IMG/VR virus record: IMGVR_UViG_3300032282_001282
Span: 1-64,000 of that record
Source: a virus
DNA: 64,000 nt
Reading direction: 5' to 3' (one strand)
This document shows positions 1 to 9,102 of this stretch, piece by piece. Both the position numbers and the translations under genes were made by a program. Positions within the stretch are counted from its first letter, which is position 1, and every line of letters begins with the position of its first letter. Under the pieces are notes generated by a model. It saw nothing but the letters and a program-made list of their open reading frames with translations. It was not told the DNA's origin and made no database searches.

Positions 1-87
1 CAAACAAAACCTTAAAGGCCATGAACGGAAATCTTCTTTGGCGTAGTGTAGGCTATTGCCAAACCATCCAATGAATAAATCAATCAA
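1..87 (-). CDS. hypothetical protein, 5' part only (runs off window)
   Basis: Read manually: TTG start overlapping the upstream TGA; open frame MIDLFIGWFGNSLHYAKEDFRSWPLRFCL continues to the window edge. Confidence 0.5.
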   Translation of the reverse strand, partial: MIDLFIGWFGNSLHYAKEDFRSWPLRFCL

Positions 88-344
88 AGTGTTTTACCTA
101 CTGTTTCGAGAATTGTATTCAATTCTTCGTGATCGGCATTAGTGTCTGTTAGTTTAGACTTTTGTGCGATCTTAATTGCTTTTTTAAGAATGGCCGGTTT
201 AATTTCCATTTCTTCAGCAATAGCTTTTACGGTATCACTAAGTCCAGCATTTAGGTCTTCAATTTCTTGAAGTACGGCTACGCCTTCGTTAATAATTTGT
301 GTGAGTTTGGCTTTTTGTTCGCCACTAAACATACGTGCTGGCAT
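84..344 (-). CDS. T4 DsbA/GapR-like double-stranded DNA-binding protein
   Basis: 86 aa helical protein with pattern EIEDLNAGLSDTVKAIAEEMEIKPAILKKAIKIA typical of this family; SD AGGAG. Confidence 0.6.
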   Translation of the reverse strand: MPARMFSGEQKAKLTQIINEGVAVLQEIEDLNAGLSDTVKAIAEEMEIKPAILKKAIKIAQKSKLTDTNADHEELNTILETVGKTL

Positions 345-368
345 TTGAATCTCCTGTGTAATTGACTT

Positions 369-397
369 AGTATATACTACTTATTTGATAAAAGCAA
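369..397 (-). promoter_or_regulatory. sigma70-like promoter TTGCTT-N17-TATACT
   Basis: Consensus-like hexamers with 17-nt spacing upstream of 344. Confidence 0.55.
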
Positions 398-411
398 GAG
401 TATTTTGGAAA

Positions 412-520
412 AGATGCTCACTTTAAAAACGCATTCCGGGGCACGACTCCCATACGTTCTTGCCCAGCAGCCGGGCAACCCTGAAGTAACCATAAGGTCC
501 TAAGGTAGGGTGTTCTTTTT
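412..520 (-). ncRNA. candidate structured ncRNA, family unknown
   Basis: GC-rich intergenic island with stems ACCCT/AGGGT, TTGCCC-GGCTGCT-GGGCAA and AGAACGTAT/ATGCGTTTT; possible loop-tail pseudoknot. Confidence 0.45.
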
Positions 521-1078
521 AATCTTTTGTTTTATTAACTTGATAACATTATCACTGAGTACAACTTCGTAGTGATTGCAGTCTACTTCTATCAAATCCA
601 TATTTGCATGATGACGTTGACTAGCAATAGTCACTACACCATCATTGGGCTCGTGCATAAACGGACTTTGTCCTTTTACGGTTACTATATTGGTCCAAGG
701 ATGCTGTATTTTAATTTTATCTGCCTGACGCATAACCCAACTACTAGGCCCAATATCACGCATTAAGCGGCTAAATGGTAAAAAGTATTTGGCATAGTCT
801 GCTACTTCAGCGCCGCCATATGGTGTACTTAGTGTAACAGCACCTTTGACAGAATCTGGCAAAGCATTGGCAAGATGCAGAGCATATATACCACCTAAAC
901 TGTGTGCAACAAAAAACAAATTGCCATATCCCTTTAATTGAACCTGCATGTCTATTAGATTATTTTCAAACCCGTTGCGACTGTCGTAATTAACAACTAT
1001 ACCATCGCCTATCTTACTTCTAATATAATTGAAGCTCTCACCGGTAGCACTAGCACCGTGAATATAGACTAATGTCAT
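500..1078 (-). CDS. alpha/beta hydrolase (lipase/esterase-like)
   Basis: YIHG oxyanion motif, AHSLGG nucleophile elbow, NDGVV Asp, C-terminal His. Confidence 0.85.
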   Translation of the reverse strand: MTLVYIHGASATGESFNYIRSKIGDGIVVNYDSRNGFENNLIDMQVQLKGYGNLFFVAHSLGGIYALHLANALPDSVKGAVTLSTPYGGAEVADYAKYFLPFSRLMRDIGPSSWVMRQADKIKIQHPWTNIVTVKGQSPFMHEPNDGVVTIASQRHHANMDLIEVDCNHYEVVLSDNVIKLIKQKIKKNTLP

Positions 1079-3093
1079 TTTTTACTCGCTACAAATCTTA
1101 AGTCTCTGCTAATTGAGCCTAATTCACGTTTCATTTGTGGTCCTGCTTTCTTTACATCACTACGTGCTACGTGTGTATCTGGTTCGTCTTGTGTAGTTAC
1201 ATTTACTGGCTTGTTAGTCTTAGTATCAAACCCGTGTACCGTAATGTTCTTGTAACGCTTTTCTAATTCTTGCCATACACGATAACCACCTTCGCTTTGT
1301 TTGTTATCGCTTACTAATGTTAGTCCTTGATTTAAGATTAAGAAAGCATAAAGGTCTGCGGCACGATAGCTATTCTTAGGTCCAGAGTACACACCTTGGA
1401 CAACAAAGCTATCACGATTAGTTTTATAAGGACGTCCTGTAGTACCCAATTGGCTTGTGCGTGTGCGTGTATCAAATACGTAGTAAGTGACAGTACCGCG
1501 ATCAGTCCACGACCATAGTTGAAAACCGTTGCCTATTTTAGCAACTAGGTCACCTAAGTATTCTGACTCTTGACCTTTGGGAATAGGTTTGCCGTCGTTA
1601 GGCATAACGTCTAAATGTTCACGTTTGCTTTTAGCTACACTAGGCACCATTGTTACTTCGTTTAGATCATTAAACAATTCGTAAACAGTAGACCCAGCAT
1701 GATCAGATACCTCAACACTATATCCCCAAGAGTTAGCATAACGCTGAACTAATCGGGTATATAAGTTAGATCTACTTTGATTATTGTTACTGTCGTTATC
1801 TTCTTTACTGGCACTAAAACGAATACGTTCTGGATGTCGTTTTTGAATAAATTTTTGTATTGCCGCTAATACTGTAGCAAATATTCTTTGTGCATCGCCT
1901 TCGCCTGTAACGTCTTGACTGTTGTTACGCCAAAATTCTACCACCCATTCTTCGTCACCATATGCACCATAGTCCATACTAAACATAATGCTTAAATTAG
2001 TACCATCGGGTAGTCGAACTAATGCATCAGATGATTCTTCACCTTGTTCCCATGTCATAGGATACGGCTGGTTAAATGTTTCTTTAACCTGATTGGGTAT
2101 TTGAAATACGCTGTATAAAATAGGATAGTCTTCATCACCGGTAAAGTTTTGTTCTATAGGCTTACGGCCACCTTCACGGGCAATGTGATCTGCAAATACT
2201 TGATTATATACTGCTTCTGGATTCTCGCAATAGTCTGCACTACTTTGGCAATCATCTGTAAAGCCTTCGTAGTGTATGCGATATGGGCCTATTTCATCCA
2301 CACCCGCATCTCCTGGTGTAAGATCATATAGGAAGTCTTCCACTTCAGCAGGCATGCGAGCTTCTTCTATAATACCTGTAGCACGACGTAAACGTAAATC
2401 AAAGTCTACATCGGACACGTAGTCACGAATAAACCGTTCATAATACTTTTGTGCAAGAGCAGGAGTATCTGCTTCAAAGCGATCTACTATCTGCGAGCCA
2501 CCCGCAGGACGATCAGCGTGATAGATTTCATAACCTTTGTTCAAACGTTCACGTGCTTGAGCCATGCGGTCCATTCTATTGCTAACCTGACGATCGGCTC
2601 TAGATAGATAACTTTGTAGAGTTTTGTCACTAACTTCTTTTAAAAATGTATCTGATAACTTTTTACAAAGTTCACGTAGTTTTGGATTATCAGTTTCTAT
2701 ACTGTCATCATGATCTTGTGTGGGATCTTTGTATCCACAGTAAACATGTTCAATGCCATATTCAGCAATTAGATCTTCACAGCTTTCGCCTGAACGTTCA
2801 TCCATTGGACGATTACATGGGCTTAGTGTAGTAACAATTATACAGTCAGGCGTTACATTAGCACAGCGTTCTAGAGCCGCACGTTCAGCGTGTACTCTAC
2901 GACCATCTTCAGCTTCGTAGTTAACACCATATACTAGATCACCACCTGGGCATACTACACAAGCTCCTACCATGCCATAAAACTCATCGTCGCTCGCTTG
3001 TCCGTTGAGAACCATCTCGCAACATTTAGCAAGTATACGGTCTAGTTCTTGTTGGGGGTCAGACTGGGCTGAAAGGATTTCTTGGACTATCAT
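1075..3093 (-). CDS. multidomain (polyvalent) protein: N-terminal RibD/cytidine-deaminase-like domain, C-terminal GNAT-like domain; probable head-packaged protein
   Basis: HAERAALE...LSPCNR...ESC zinc-deaminase motif; SDNKQSEGGYRVW near the C-terminus; domains separated by [LIV]-x-E linkers. Confidence 0.6.
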   Translation of the reverse strand: MIVQEILSAQSDPQQELDRILAKCCEMVLNGQASDDEFYGMVGACVVCPGGDLVYGVNYEAEDGRRVHAERAALERCANVTPDCIIVTTLSPCNRPMDERSGESCEDLIAEYGIEHVYCGYKDPTQDHDDSIETDNPKLRELCKKLSDTFLKEVSDKTLQSYLSRADRQVSNRMDRMAQARERLNKGYEIYHADRPAGGSQIVDRFEADTPALAQKYYERFIRDYVSDVDFDLRLRRATGIIEEARMPAEVEDFLYDLTPGDAGVDEIGPYRIHYEGFTDDCQSSADYCENPEAVYNQVFADHIAREGGRKPIEQNFTGDEDYPILYSVFQIPNQVKETFNQPYPMTWEQGEESSDALVRLPDGTNLSIMFSMDYGAYGDEEWVVEFWRNNSQDVTGEGDAQRIFATVLAAIQKFIQKRHPERIRFSASKEDNDSNNNQSRSNLYTRLVQRYANSWGYSVEVSDHAGSTVYELFNDLNEVTMVPSVAKSKREHLDVMPNDGKPIPKGQESEYLGDLVAKIGNGFQLWSWTDRGTVTYYVFDTRTRTSQLGTTGRPYKTNRDSFVVQGVYSGPKNSYRAADLYAFLILNQGLTLVSDNKQSEGGYRVWQELEKRYKNITVHGFDTKTNKPVNVTTQDEPDTHVARSDVKKAGPQMKRELGSISRDLRFVASKK

Positions 3094-3136
3094 AACCGTC
3101 GTCTTCGGGGTATACTGGGTATTCGTTTGGGGTCAT
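3059..3136 (-). CDS. 25-aa micropeptide MTPNEYPVYPEDDGYDSPRNPFSPV
   Basis: Found manually; ATGA overlap with the stop of the upstream gene; fills the intergenic gap. Confidence 0.55.
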   Translation of the reverse strand: MTPNEYPVYPEDDGYDSPRNPFSPV

Positions 3137-4239
3137 TTTAAACCAAAGTATTCTGGATTGTTTTCAGCGAAGCCACGCATAACAACACCAGCATTAGCAT
3201 TGGCTTCATTTTCTTGTGGTGTACCGGTTTCACCAGCACCAGCAGGTAAGTTACCCTCGGAGTCTTGTTTGTAATGTGTTAGTTCATGTGCTAGTGTGCG
3301 TAGTACATCAATCGGATGACGACCTGTTGTTACTAAGCGAATTGAACGTGTGTTTGGATCATATTGTCCAAATGTAGTATCCACTGGTTTGTCTAGTAAA
3401 ACAATTTTAGGAAGTTTTTCAATTCCTAATTGTTCTGCAATCCATGGAGTAAATTTTTTAACAAAATTGTTTACGTTATGTTCTGTGTCATTACCAGGAG
3501 TAGAGCTTTCCTCTATAGTACCAATGTAGTGATGATCGTGTACCTTAAAGCCTTTGCGGCGATAGTGTGCAATAGCGGCGTTGATGGCTTTGGCTGGATC
3601 TTCACCAGGAACACGTACAGTTCTCTGAATAGTCTCATCACGCTTGCTAACCATTGGATGGTTAGGGTCTGTTACAGTCAATGCAATACGATGAACTGTT
3701 TTACCTTGATCTTCTTTAATACGTTTGCCGTCTTTATTATATTTGCCAGATTCTCTCTTGGCTATAGCAATAGCGGCCGCTTGTGCATTGCCGCCTTCGT
3801 TCTTAACACAGTTGTTAACACGAGTGTCACCTTTGATTTTAGTACCAGCTTTGTGATAACCAGTCCAGCAACTTTTATCTAAACGTTGTTTAATTTTTGC
3901 TTCGGCAATAACTAATAACTGTTGTAGTTCTTCTACTGATTCACAATGCCATTTACGCAATGATTTATTAATACGGCTATCCGGATCACGTTTAGTCTTA
4001 GCACTAGTATTGTGTTTCTTCATGCCCTTCATACGAGCACAGAAACTCTTACGACGTTTAGCGTCTTTACTGCCTTTTTTAATTTCACTAGGTTTTTTAG
4101 TTACTGCTGTTTGTAATTTAGAACCAGGATGTTCTTTGCGATAGCTCTTAACACCCTTCTTGTTTAAGCCGCCATTTTTATTCTTGCCAGATTTTTTCTG
4201 CCAAGCCGCGGTTTCAATAATTAGTTCGTTTATTTTCAT
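3133..4239 (-). CDS. multidomain protein: basic N-terminal phage domain plus C-terminal zincin metallopeptidase-like domain
   Basis: MKINELIIE leader; RRKSFCARM basic domain; RTLAHELTH (HExxH) with downstream ENEANA. Confidence 0.6.
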   Translation of the reverse strand: MKINELIIETAAWQKKSGKNKNGGLNKKGVKSYRKEHPGSKLQTAVTKKPSEIKKGSKDAKRRKSFCARMKGMKKHNTSAKTKRDPDSRINKSLRKWHCESVEELQQLLVIAEAKIKQRLDKSCWTGYHKAGTKIKGDTRVNNCVKNEGGNAQAAAIAIAKRESGKYNKDGKRIKEDQGKTVHRIALTVTDPNHPMVSKRDETIQRTVRVPGEDPAKAINAAIAHYRRKGFKVHDHHYIGTIEESSTPGNDTEHNVNNFVKKFTPWIAEQLGIEKLPKIVLLDKPVDTTFGQYDPNTRSIRLVTTGRHPIDVLRTLAHELTHYKQDSEGNLPAGAGETGTPQENEANANAGVVMRGFAENNPEYFGLK

Positions 4240-4670
4240 TTGCTAGTAGCACGTAACATCCAAGCATGTTTACGGAATGCATCCATACGTTCTGCTAGGA
4301 AGTTAGAGAAACCGTGCTCTCCCTCTGCTTCTGCTATATCATAAACTTTCTTAAGAATTAAAACCATGTTATCAGCATCTTGCAATAGTTCAGCAACCAT
4401 TTGCTCTGCTGGTATTACGTTAGTTTCATCTTCAATCTGTGACAACATACTAAAGCGACTGTTACTACCGGGTGCATAACTACCTAGGCTACGAATCTTT
4501 TCTGCAAAGTCATCTACACTACCATACACTTCAGTATAGATCTTTTCAAACAAGGCATGCATCTCTTGGAAGTTAATACCTTCAACGTTCCAATGAAAGA
4601 AAGCGGCCTTTAGATAAAATGTAAATTGACTTGCAAATGCTATTTTAGCGGCTTTAACTAGATTGTTCAT
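4236..4670 (-). CDS. dps: Dps/ferritin-like DNA-protection protein
   Basis: FHWNVEG..F.EMH..FE..Y, DDFAEKIRSLG and HAWML motifs; start moved to MNNLVK (4670), adjacent to the upstream stop. Confidence 0.9.
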   Translation of the reverse strand: MNNLVKAAKIAFASQFTFYLKAAFFHWNVEGINFQEMHALFEKIYTEVYGSVDDFAEKIRSLGSYAPGSNSRFSMLSQIEDETNVIPAEQMVAELLQDADNMVLILKKVYDIAEAEGEHGFSNFLAERMDAFRKHAWMLRATSK

Positions 4671-4671
4671 A

Positions 4672-6651
4672 TTAATACTCGTTGTTCTGTAATTTTTGGA
4701 ATACTTGACGGACCCAGCCACTTACATCGCTAGAGCCAATTTCTTCTACATCACTATTCCAGTCAGCAACATCTTCAATAGCGGACATTACACGCTCAGG
4801 GCCAAACTGACTTAATAAACTTGCATGGCCGCCAATGATTCTGCGTAAGATTGCATTGTACACAGCATCTCTAGAATCATTTTGTGGCTCTAGGCCTTCT
4901 TTAGTCCATTGGTCGTGTTCACTAGACCATTGTCCTTGACCATCGCTCCATGAATCTTCGTTCATTGGGAAGAAACCGCTTTTACCTAAATGGTGTGCCT
5001 GCATCCATACTTTTAAGAATGGATATTTTTTCTTAATGCTACGAGCATGACGTTCTGCATCATCCATGCTACATTGTTTAGTAATAATACGCTTTGGTTC
5101 AGCATCTTTAGAACCTTGTGTCCAGATGCTGTATGTACCGTTGTCTTCTGGTTCTAGGCCTGCGTTGCGTTCCTGGTTACGAAGTTCGTCGTTTGCTCTT
5201 AATTTAGGAGCATTAGGATCAGCGGCACCGTGATTGTACCCACCTTCCGCCACACCTTGTGGTGTTTTGGGGTCGGCAAACAACGAGTCTATTGCTTTTT
5301 TGCCGCCATACAATATAGCTAACACAATGCCAGCAGGAATAGCATATTTAAAAGCCAGGGTAGCCAGATCAAATATAGTTTTTTCGTCGACAGCAGTACC
5401 CACTTTGGCAGTTATGTCTTTGGCAATGTCTGCCACAGAAGATCCAATTTCGTAGGCACCGGCACCAACTCCAATTTGTCCTGCATTTTTGGCTGCAATC
5501 TCTGCACCAGATTTAGCAACCTGTCCTACACCGCGAGCTCCTGCTTGTCCTACTTTCCCAACAACCTGTGCTATTTTTGGAGCGGCAGCCATAAACAGTC
5601 TTGCACCGAGTGCCAACAACGGCGCAATTTCATTTAATTTCTGTTCGTCAGTTAATTCCCTACCGGCTATTTGTCCCGCTGTGCTGCCGGCTGCACCACC
5701 CACTAATGCACCCATTGGTCCACCTACGGTGGCCCCAACAACTGCGCCGCCGACGCCGCCAGCAGTTCCACCGACGAATTCACCAGGCAAGCCTTCCGCC
5801 ACACCTTGTTGTTTTTCTTTTCTTTTTAGTTCACGTTTTTTACGAAGTGCCTGGCGCCCCGGCGTATTACCACCTTTATATCTTCCGGGCTCATCAAAGT
5901 CTTTGATCTTTTCCCACGCACCTTTAAGCGTATCAACTACGCCTTCTTCCATGTCTTGGTCAAATGCTTCTGGTGGGTTTTCTTTGAGCATACGCTCAAC
6001 TTGTGCAACCCAGGCACTGATATCACTGCTACCAATTTCATCTACATCACCCACATAGTCAGCAACGTTGTCAATTGCGGCACCTACTAGTTCAGGACCG
6101 TATTCTTTTAATAAGTCCAGCCGTTGTTTTAGTATACGGCGTGTGATAGCACCAGTGACTGGGCTGGCATCACTGAGTTGTTCTGTTACACCTTGTTGCT
6201 GTGCTACTTGTTGGCTTGGTGGAACCTGTGTTGGTTGCTTTGCTTCCGGGGATGATGCCCATTGTACAATAGATCTTTTTACATCAAGTGGAGCCATTTC
6301 CCATGTCTTAGGCTGAATGTGCGGTGTAACCTTAGGATCTGCATAAGAGATTTTTGTGGTGTTAGATACTGCACCATTTAGGCCTGAGCGATAATCAACT
6401 TGTACAACTTTACCATTGGATAATGTGTAATAATCAGTTGTTGGTTCAAATAATTCGTTTACTTTCTTTGGCAAGTCTTTATAGTCTTGCTTACGATCAG
6501 CACCATGGAATTCTTTAGCCACCGATTGTTTAATACCAACTTTCTTAGCAAACTTAGGATTATGTGCCGCGGCCGCCATTGTACGGAACTGTGCCTTAGA
6601 AACAGATTTTTCGTTTAATAGGTCTGGGCCAATGATATCATCTAAAAACAT
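4672..6651 (-). CDS. large polyprotein-like putative internal head protein with a duplicated EIGSSD domain and a glycine zipper
   Basis: Recurrent GV[AT]E/LNE/MNE linkers; two copies of a ~62 aa domain; GGxxGAxVG zipper. Confidence 0.55.
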   Translation of the reverse strand: MFLDDIIGPDLLNEKSVSKAQFRTMAAAAHNPKFAKKVGIKQSVAKEFHGADRKQDYKDLPKKVNELFEPTTDYYTLSNGKVVQVDYRSGLNGAVSNTTKISYADPKVTPHIQPKTWEMAPLDVKRSIVQWASSPEAKQPTQVPPSQQVAQQQGVTEQLSDASPVTGAITRRILKQRLDLLKEYGPELVGAAIDNVADYVGDVDEIGSSDISAWVAQVERMLKENPPEAFDQDMEEGVVDTLKGAWEKIKDFDEPGRYKGGNTPGRQALRKKRELKRKEKQQGVAEGLPGEFVGGTAGGVGGAVVGATVGGPMGALVGGAAGSTAGQIAGRELTDEQKLNEIAPLLALGARLFMAAAPKIAQVVGKVGQAGARGVGQVAKSGAEIAAKNAGQIGVGAGAYEIGSSVADIAKDITAKVGTAVDEKTIFDLATLAFKYAIPAGIVLAILYGGKKAIDSLFADPKTPQGVAEGGYNHGAADPNAPKLRANDELRNQERNAGLEPEDNGTYSIWTQGSKDAEPKRIITKQCSMDDAERHARSIKKKYPFLKVWMQAHHLGKSGFFPMNEDSWSDGQGQWSSEHDQWTKEGLEPQNDSRDAVYNAILRRIIGGHASLLSQFGPERVMSAIEDVADWNSDVEEIGSSDVSGWVRQVFQKLQNNEY

Positions 6652-7482
6652 TTACATATCCTTTTTAACTTGCTTTAACGCATCAGCTACTCGAGCTACC
6701 TGGTTTGAGTCACCAGTGGTTAATAATTTCTCAAGTTCTTGACCAAGTCCCATTGATACTTTTTTATCAGTTTGATCAGGAATAGCAGTAGGTGTATCTG
6801 TGGCCTTAATAGCAGTTTTAACTGCTTGGCTTGTGCTGGTTGGTAATGTAATGCCAGCAGACTTTAGTTTGTTTAAATTATTTTGTGTTTGTTGTACTGT
6901 CTGTGCTTGGTTGGCAACATCCTGTGGGTTTGTTGTAGAAGTAGCACCACCGCCCATGTTATTCTGTCCAGGGTTGTTAGCACCAAATTCCATCAAGCCT
7001 TTTTGTTTTTTAGTTTCTTCCCAACGAGCACGTAGCTTATCCATTAGTGTTGGCTGTACTCGCTCGCACTCTTGTTCAACACTTTCGCTTGCGCCAACCA
7101 ACCGACCTTTGAACGGATGTTCGCCATTGGCTTTCTTTGTGGCTTTTTCTGTTCCACGTACTTGGTCACCGGGTTTCTGTGATGGATTAGCAAATGGATA
7201 TGCGGCTTCAGCAACTCCACCAAACTGATCTTCTAAGCGATCAAATACTAATTCTTCAATACGTTCAAAATCATCATCAGGATGTAAACGATTGTCTATA
7301 GAAACATCGTTATAAATTTCTTGTACATAACGACCAGCAGGAGTATTGGCTGAAAATAGATTATACAATGCATCAAAGTCTTGGTTAGCAACAATTTCAC
7401 GCAACTCCAAATCGATTTCGCTCATTACACCTTCGTTGAGCTTTTTAAATGTTTGAAGAATGTTATAAAAATTGTTATCCAT
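6652..7482 (-). CDS. hypothetical protein (putative internal head protein)
   Basis: Leader ending KKLNE; GVAE and GLME linkers; contiguous operon. Confidence 0.55.
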   Translation of the reverse strand: MDNNFYNILQTFKKLNEGVMSEIDLELREIVANQDFDALYNLFSANTPAGRYVQEIYNDVSIDNRLHPDDDFERIEELVFDRLEDQFGGVAEAAYPFANPSQKPGDQVRGTEKATKKANGEHPFKGRLVGASESVEQECERVQPTLMDKLRARWEETKKQKGLMEFGANNPGQNNMGGGATSTTNPQDVANQAQTVQQTQNNLNKLKSAGITLPTSTSQAVKTAIKATDTPTAIPDQTDKKVSMGLGQELEKLLTTGDSNQVARVADALKQVKKDM

Positions 7483-7790
7483 TACTTTGGTGCCTTAAGT
7501 TTAACTGGGCCACCACGAGTAAGTGCGTTGGTGTAGCTTCCTAGTTTTTTGTTTACCTCTTTTTTACTAAACGAACCTTTTTCGCCTAGCTCTTGCATGA
7601 CTACAGCAACACTAGAACTCATTGATGAGCCGCCGGTAGCATCTTCTAGTAACTCGTTATATTGTGATTCAGCAGATTCAAACGTAAATTCAGGCATAAT
7701 TGATTCGGCAATTGGTGCCTTTACAGTAGTCGCAACTGCTTCTTCTACTGGTTGTTTGACTCTTGCATTAATAAAATCTGTTGTTTTCAT
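7482..7790 (-). CDS. hypothetical protein (putative internal head protein)
   Basis: MKTTDF start, LLEDATGG motif, late promoter upstream. Confidence 0.55.
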   Translation of the reverse strand: MKTTDFINARVKQPVEEAVATTVKAPIAESIMPEFTFESAESQYNELLEDATGGSSMSSSVAVVMQELGEKGSFSKKEVNKKLGSYTNALTRGGPVKLKAPK

Positions 7791-7813
7791 TGCTATTTCC
7801 GATGTTTTAATAT

Positions 7814-8095
7814 TTATTCAGTTACTACAAACTCGTGTGTATCTATAGGACTGTTGTTTACTGCTATATTCTTAATTTTAACGGTTCCAGTACCATAACC
7901 ATTAACTTGTTCTAGTGTTATTGTATGTCCGCCAGGTTTTAACCGAACTAACATACTTTCGGTGATGTAAATTTCTGCACCATTGTAAACAAAGTCTCTT
8001 TCGGTCATTAAAGTCTGATCAACAAACACACGATAACGTGGAGGAGTATCACCCCATGTAGCCTGTATGTCTGCTGTTATTTTAACTTCTTTCAT
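7814..8095 (-). CDS. hypothetical protein (beta-rich)
   Basis: ORF overlaps upstream stop; resembles 9103-9558 (W..PPRY.v.V.d). Confidence 0.6.
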   Translation of the reverse strand: MKEVKITADIQATWGDTPPRYRVFVDQTLMTERDFVYNGAEIYITESMLVRLKPGGHTITLEQVNGYGTGTVKIKNIAVNNSPIDTHEFVVTE

Positions 8096-9072
8096 TGTGC
8101 TTCACCAATATCAATTTCTCTACCACGTGCAATAGGACGGCGCCCTTGCTTTTTCATAAATTCTTCGTAACGTGCTAGTGCTTCAATTTTAGCTTTCATT
8201 GCACCTGCTCTATATAGCAAGTATTCTACATTAGAGTAGTTTTTAAATTTTAATTGGTTAATTAAATCATCTAACTGTTTAGTTAAACTGCTGGCCAGGG
8301 TTGGCTCATCCCAAGTACCCATGCCGCCACTTGGACGTATTTGTAAATTGGGCTTTTCTGGATCTTTATAAACTGTAGCTTCTTTAATACCTGCGGCTTT
8401 AGCAGTTTTAGGCAACTTAGTTGGGCGAGCCGGTTCAACTGCGGCCTGTGGTGCTAACTTATTATTCATAATCTGTTCAGCTTCACGAGTATAACGACCA
8501 AACAAATCTTTAACAATAGCCTGACGTGTCTTTTCATCTGCTTCTACATACTGAGCACGAATCTCTGACGCAGAAGTTGCTGGTTGTCCCAGTACAGTAA
8601 AGTTAAATGTAGGAACAGTCATAATATAACCGTGTTCCTGCATAGACTTTGTATCTTTAATATTTTCCAACCTTTGGAAATAAGCAGGTGAACCATCTTT
8701 TTTAGTCCAGCTTGCAAAGCGTGGATCTTCGGCCATGTCCTTTTCACTTACAGCAAATATAACAACGGTATTGTTAGGATCGTTTACAGTAACTTGCCCG
8801 CCGGCTAGTACGCTGTCAATTTGATATGGGCTAGTTGCTTGTACAACACGGTTAGCCGGAACACCGGTTAACTGCATAAAATATGCTTTTTCTGCAAAAG
8901 TAAAAGGGGACTTTGAAGTATCTGTTTTATTGCTGGTAGCAATAAACACGTTTGACCCACCAAATTTACCGCATAGCCACTCATAAACGGCATGATGCCC
9001 TTTGTGAAAGGGCTGGAATCTGCCAGGGTATATTACAAGTAGTGTTGGCTCTGCTAGTTCGGATATGTACAT
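8092..9072 (-). CDS. HxGH nucleotidyltransferase (cytidylyltransferase-like) with C-terminal extension
   Basis: YPGRFQPFHKGH and SASEIR motifs. Confidence 0.75.
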   Translation of the reverse strand: MYISELAEPTLLVIYPGRFQPFHKGHHAVYEWLCGKFGGSNVFIATSNKTDTSKSPFTFAEKAYFMQLTGVPANRVVQATSPYQIDSVLAGGQVTVNDPNNTVVIFAVSEKDMAEDPRFASWTKKDGSPAYFQRLENIKDTKSMQEHGYIMTVPTFNFTVLGQPATSASEIRAQYVEADEKTRQAIVKDLFGRYTREAEQIMNNKLAPQAAVEPARPTKLPKTAKAAGIKEATVYKDPEKPNLQIRPSGGMGTWDEPTLASSLTKQLDDLINQLKFKNYSNVEYLLYRAGAMKAKIEALARYEEFMKKQGRRPIARGREIDIGEAQ

Positions 9073-9100
9073 AGTAATAGTTTCTCTATTACTATATTTA
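9071..9100 (-). promoter_or_regulatory. late promoter TAAATA overlapping a 10-bp hairpin that sequesters the start codon
   Basis: ATAGTAATAG-AGAAA-CTATTACTAT(G); TAAATA at 9095-9100. Confidence 0.6.
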
Positions 9101-9102
9101 TC

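Noticed and set aside
412-520. tRNA, hammerhead or HDV-like ribozyme assignment
   Set aside because: No T-loop or cloverleaf, no CUGANGA/GAAA core; the GCCGGGCAAC resemblance to HDV is only superficial
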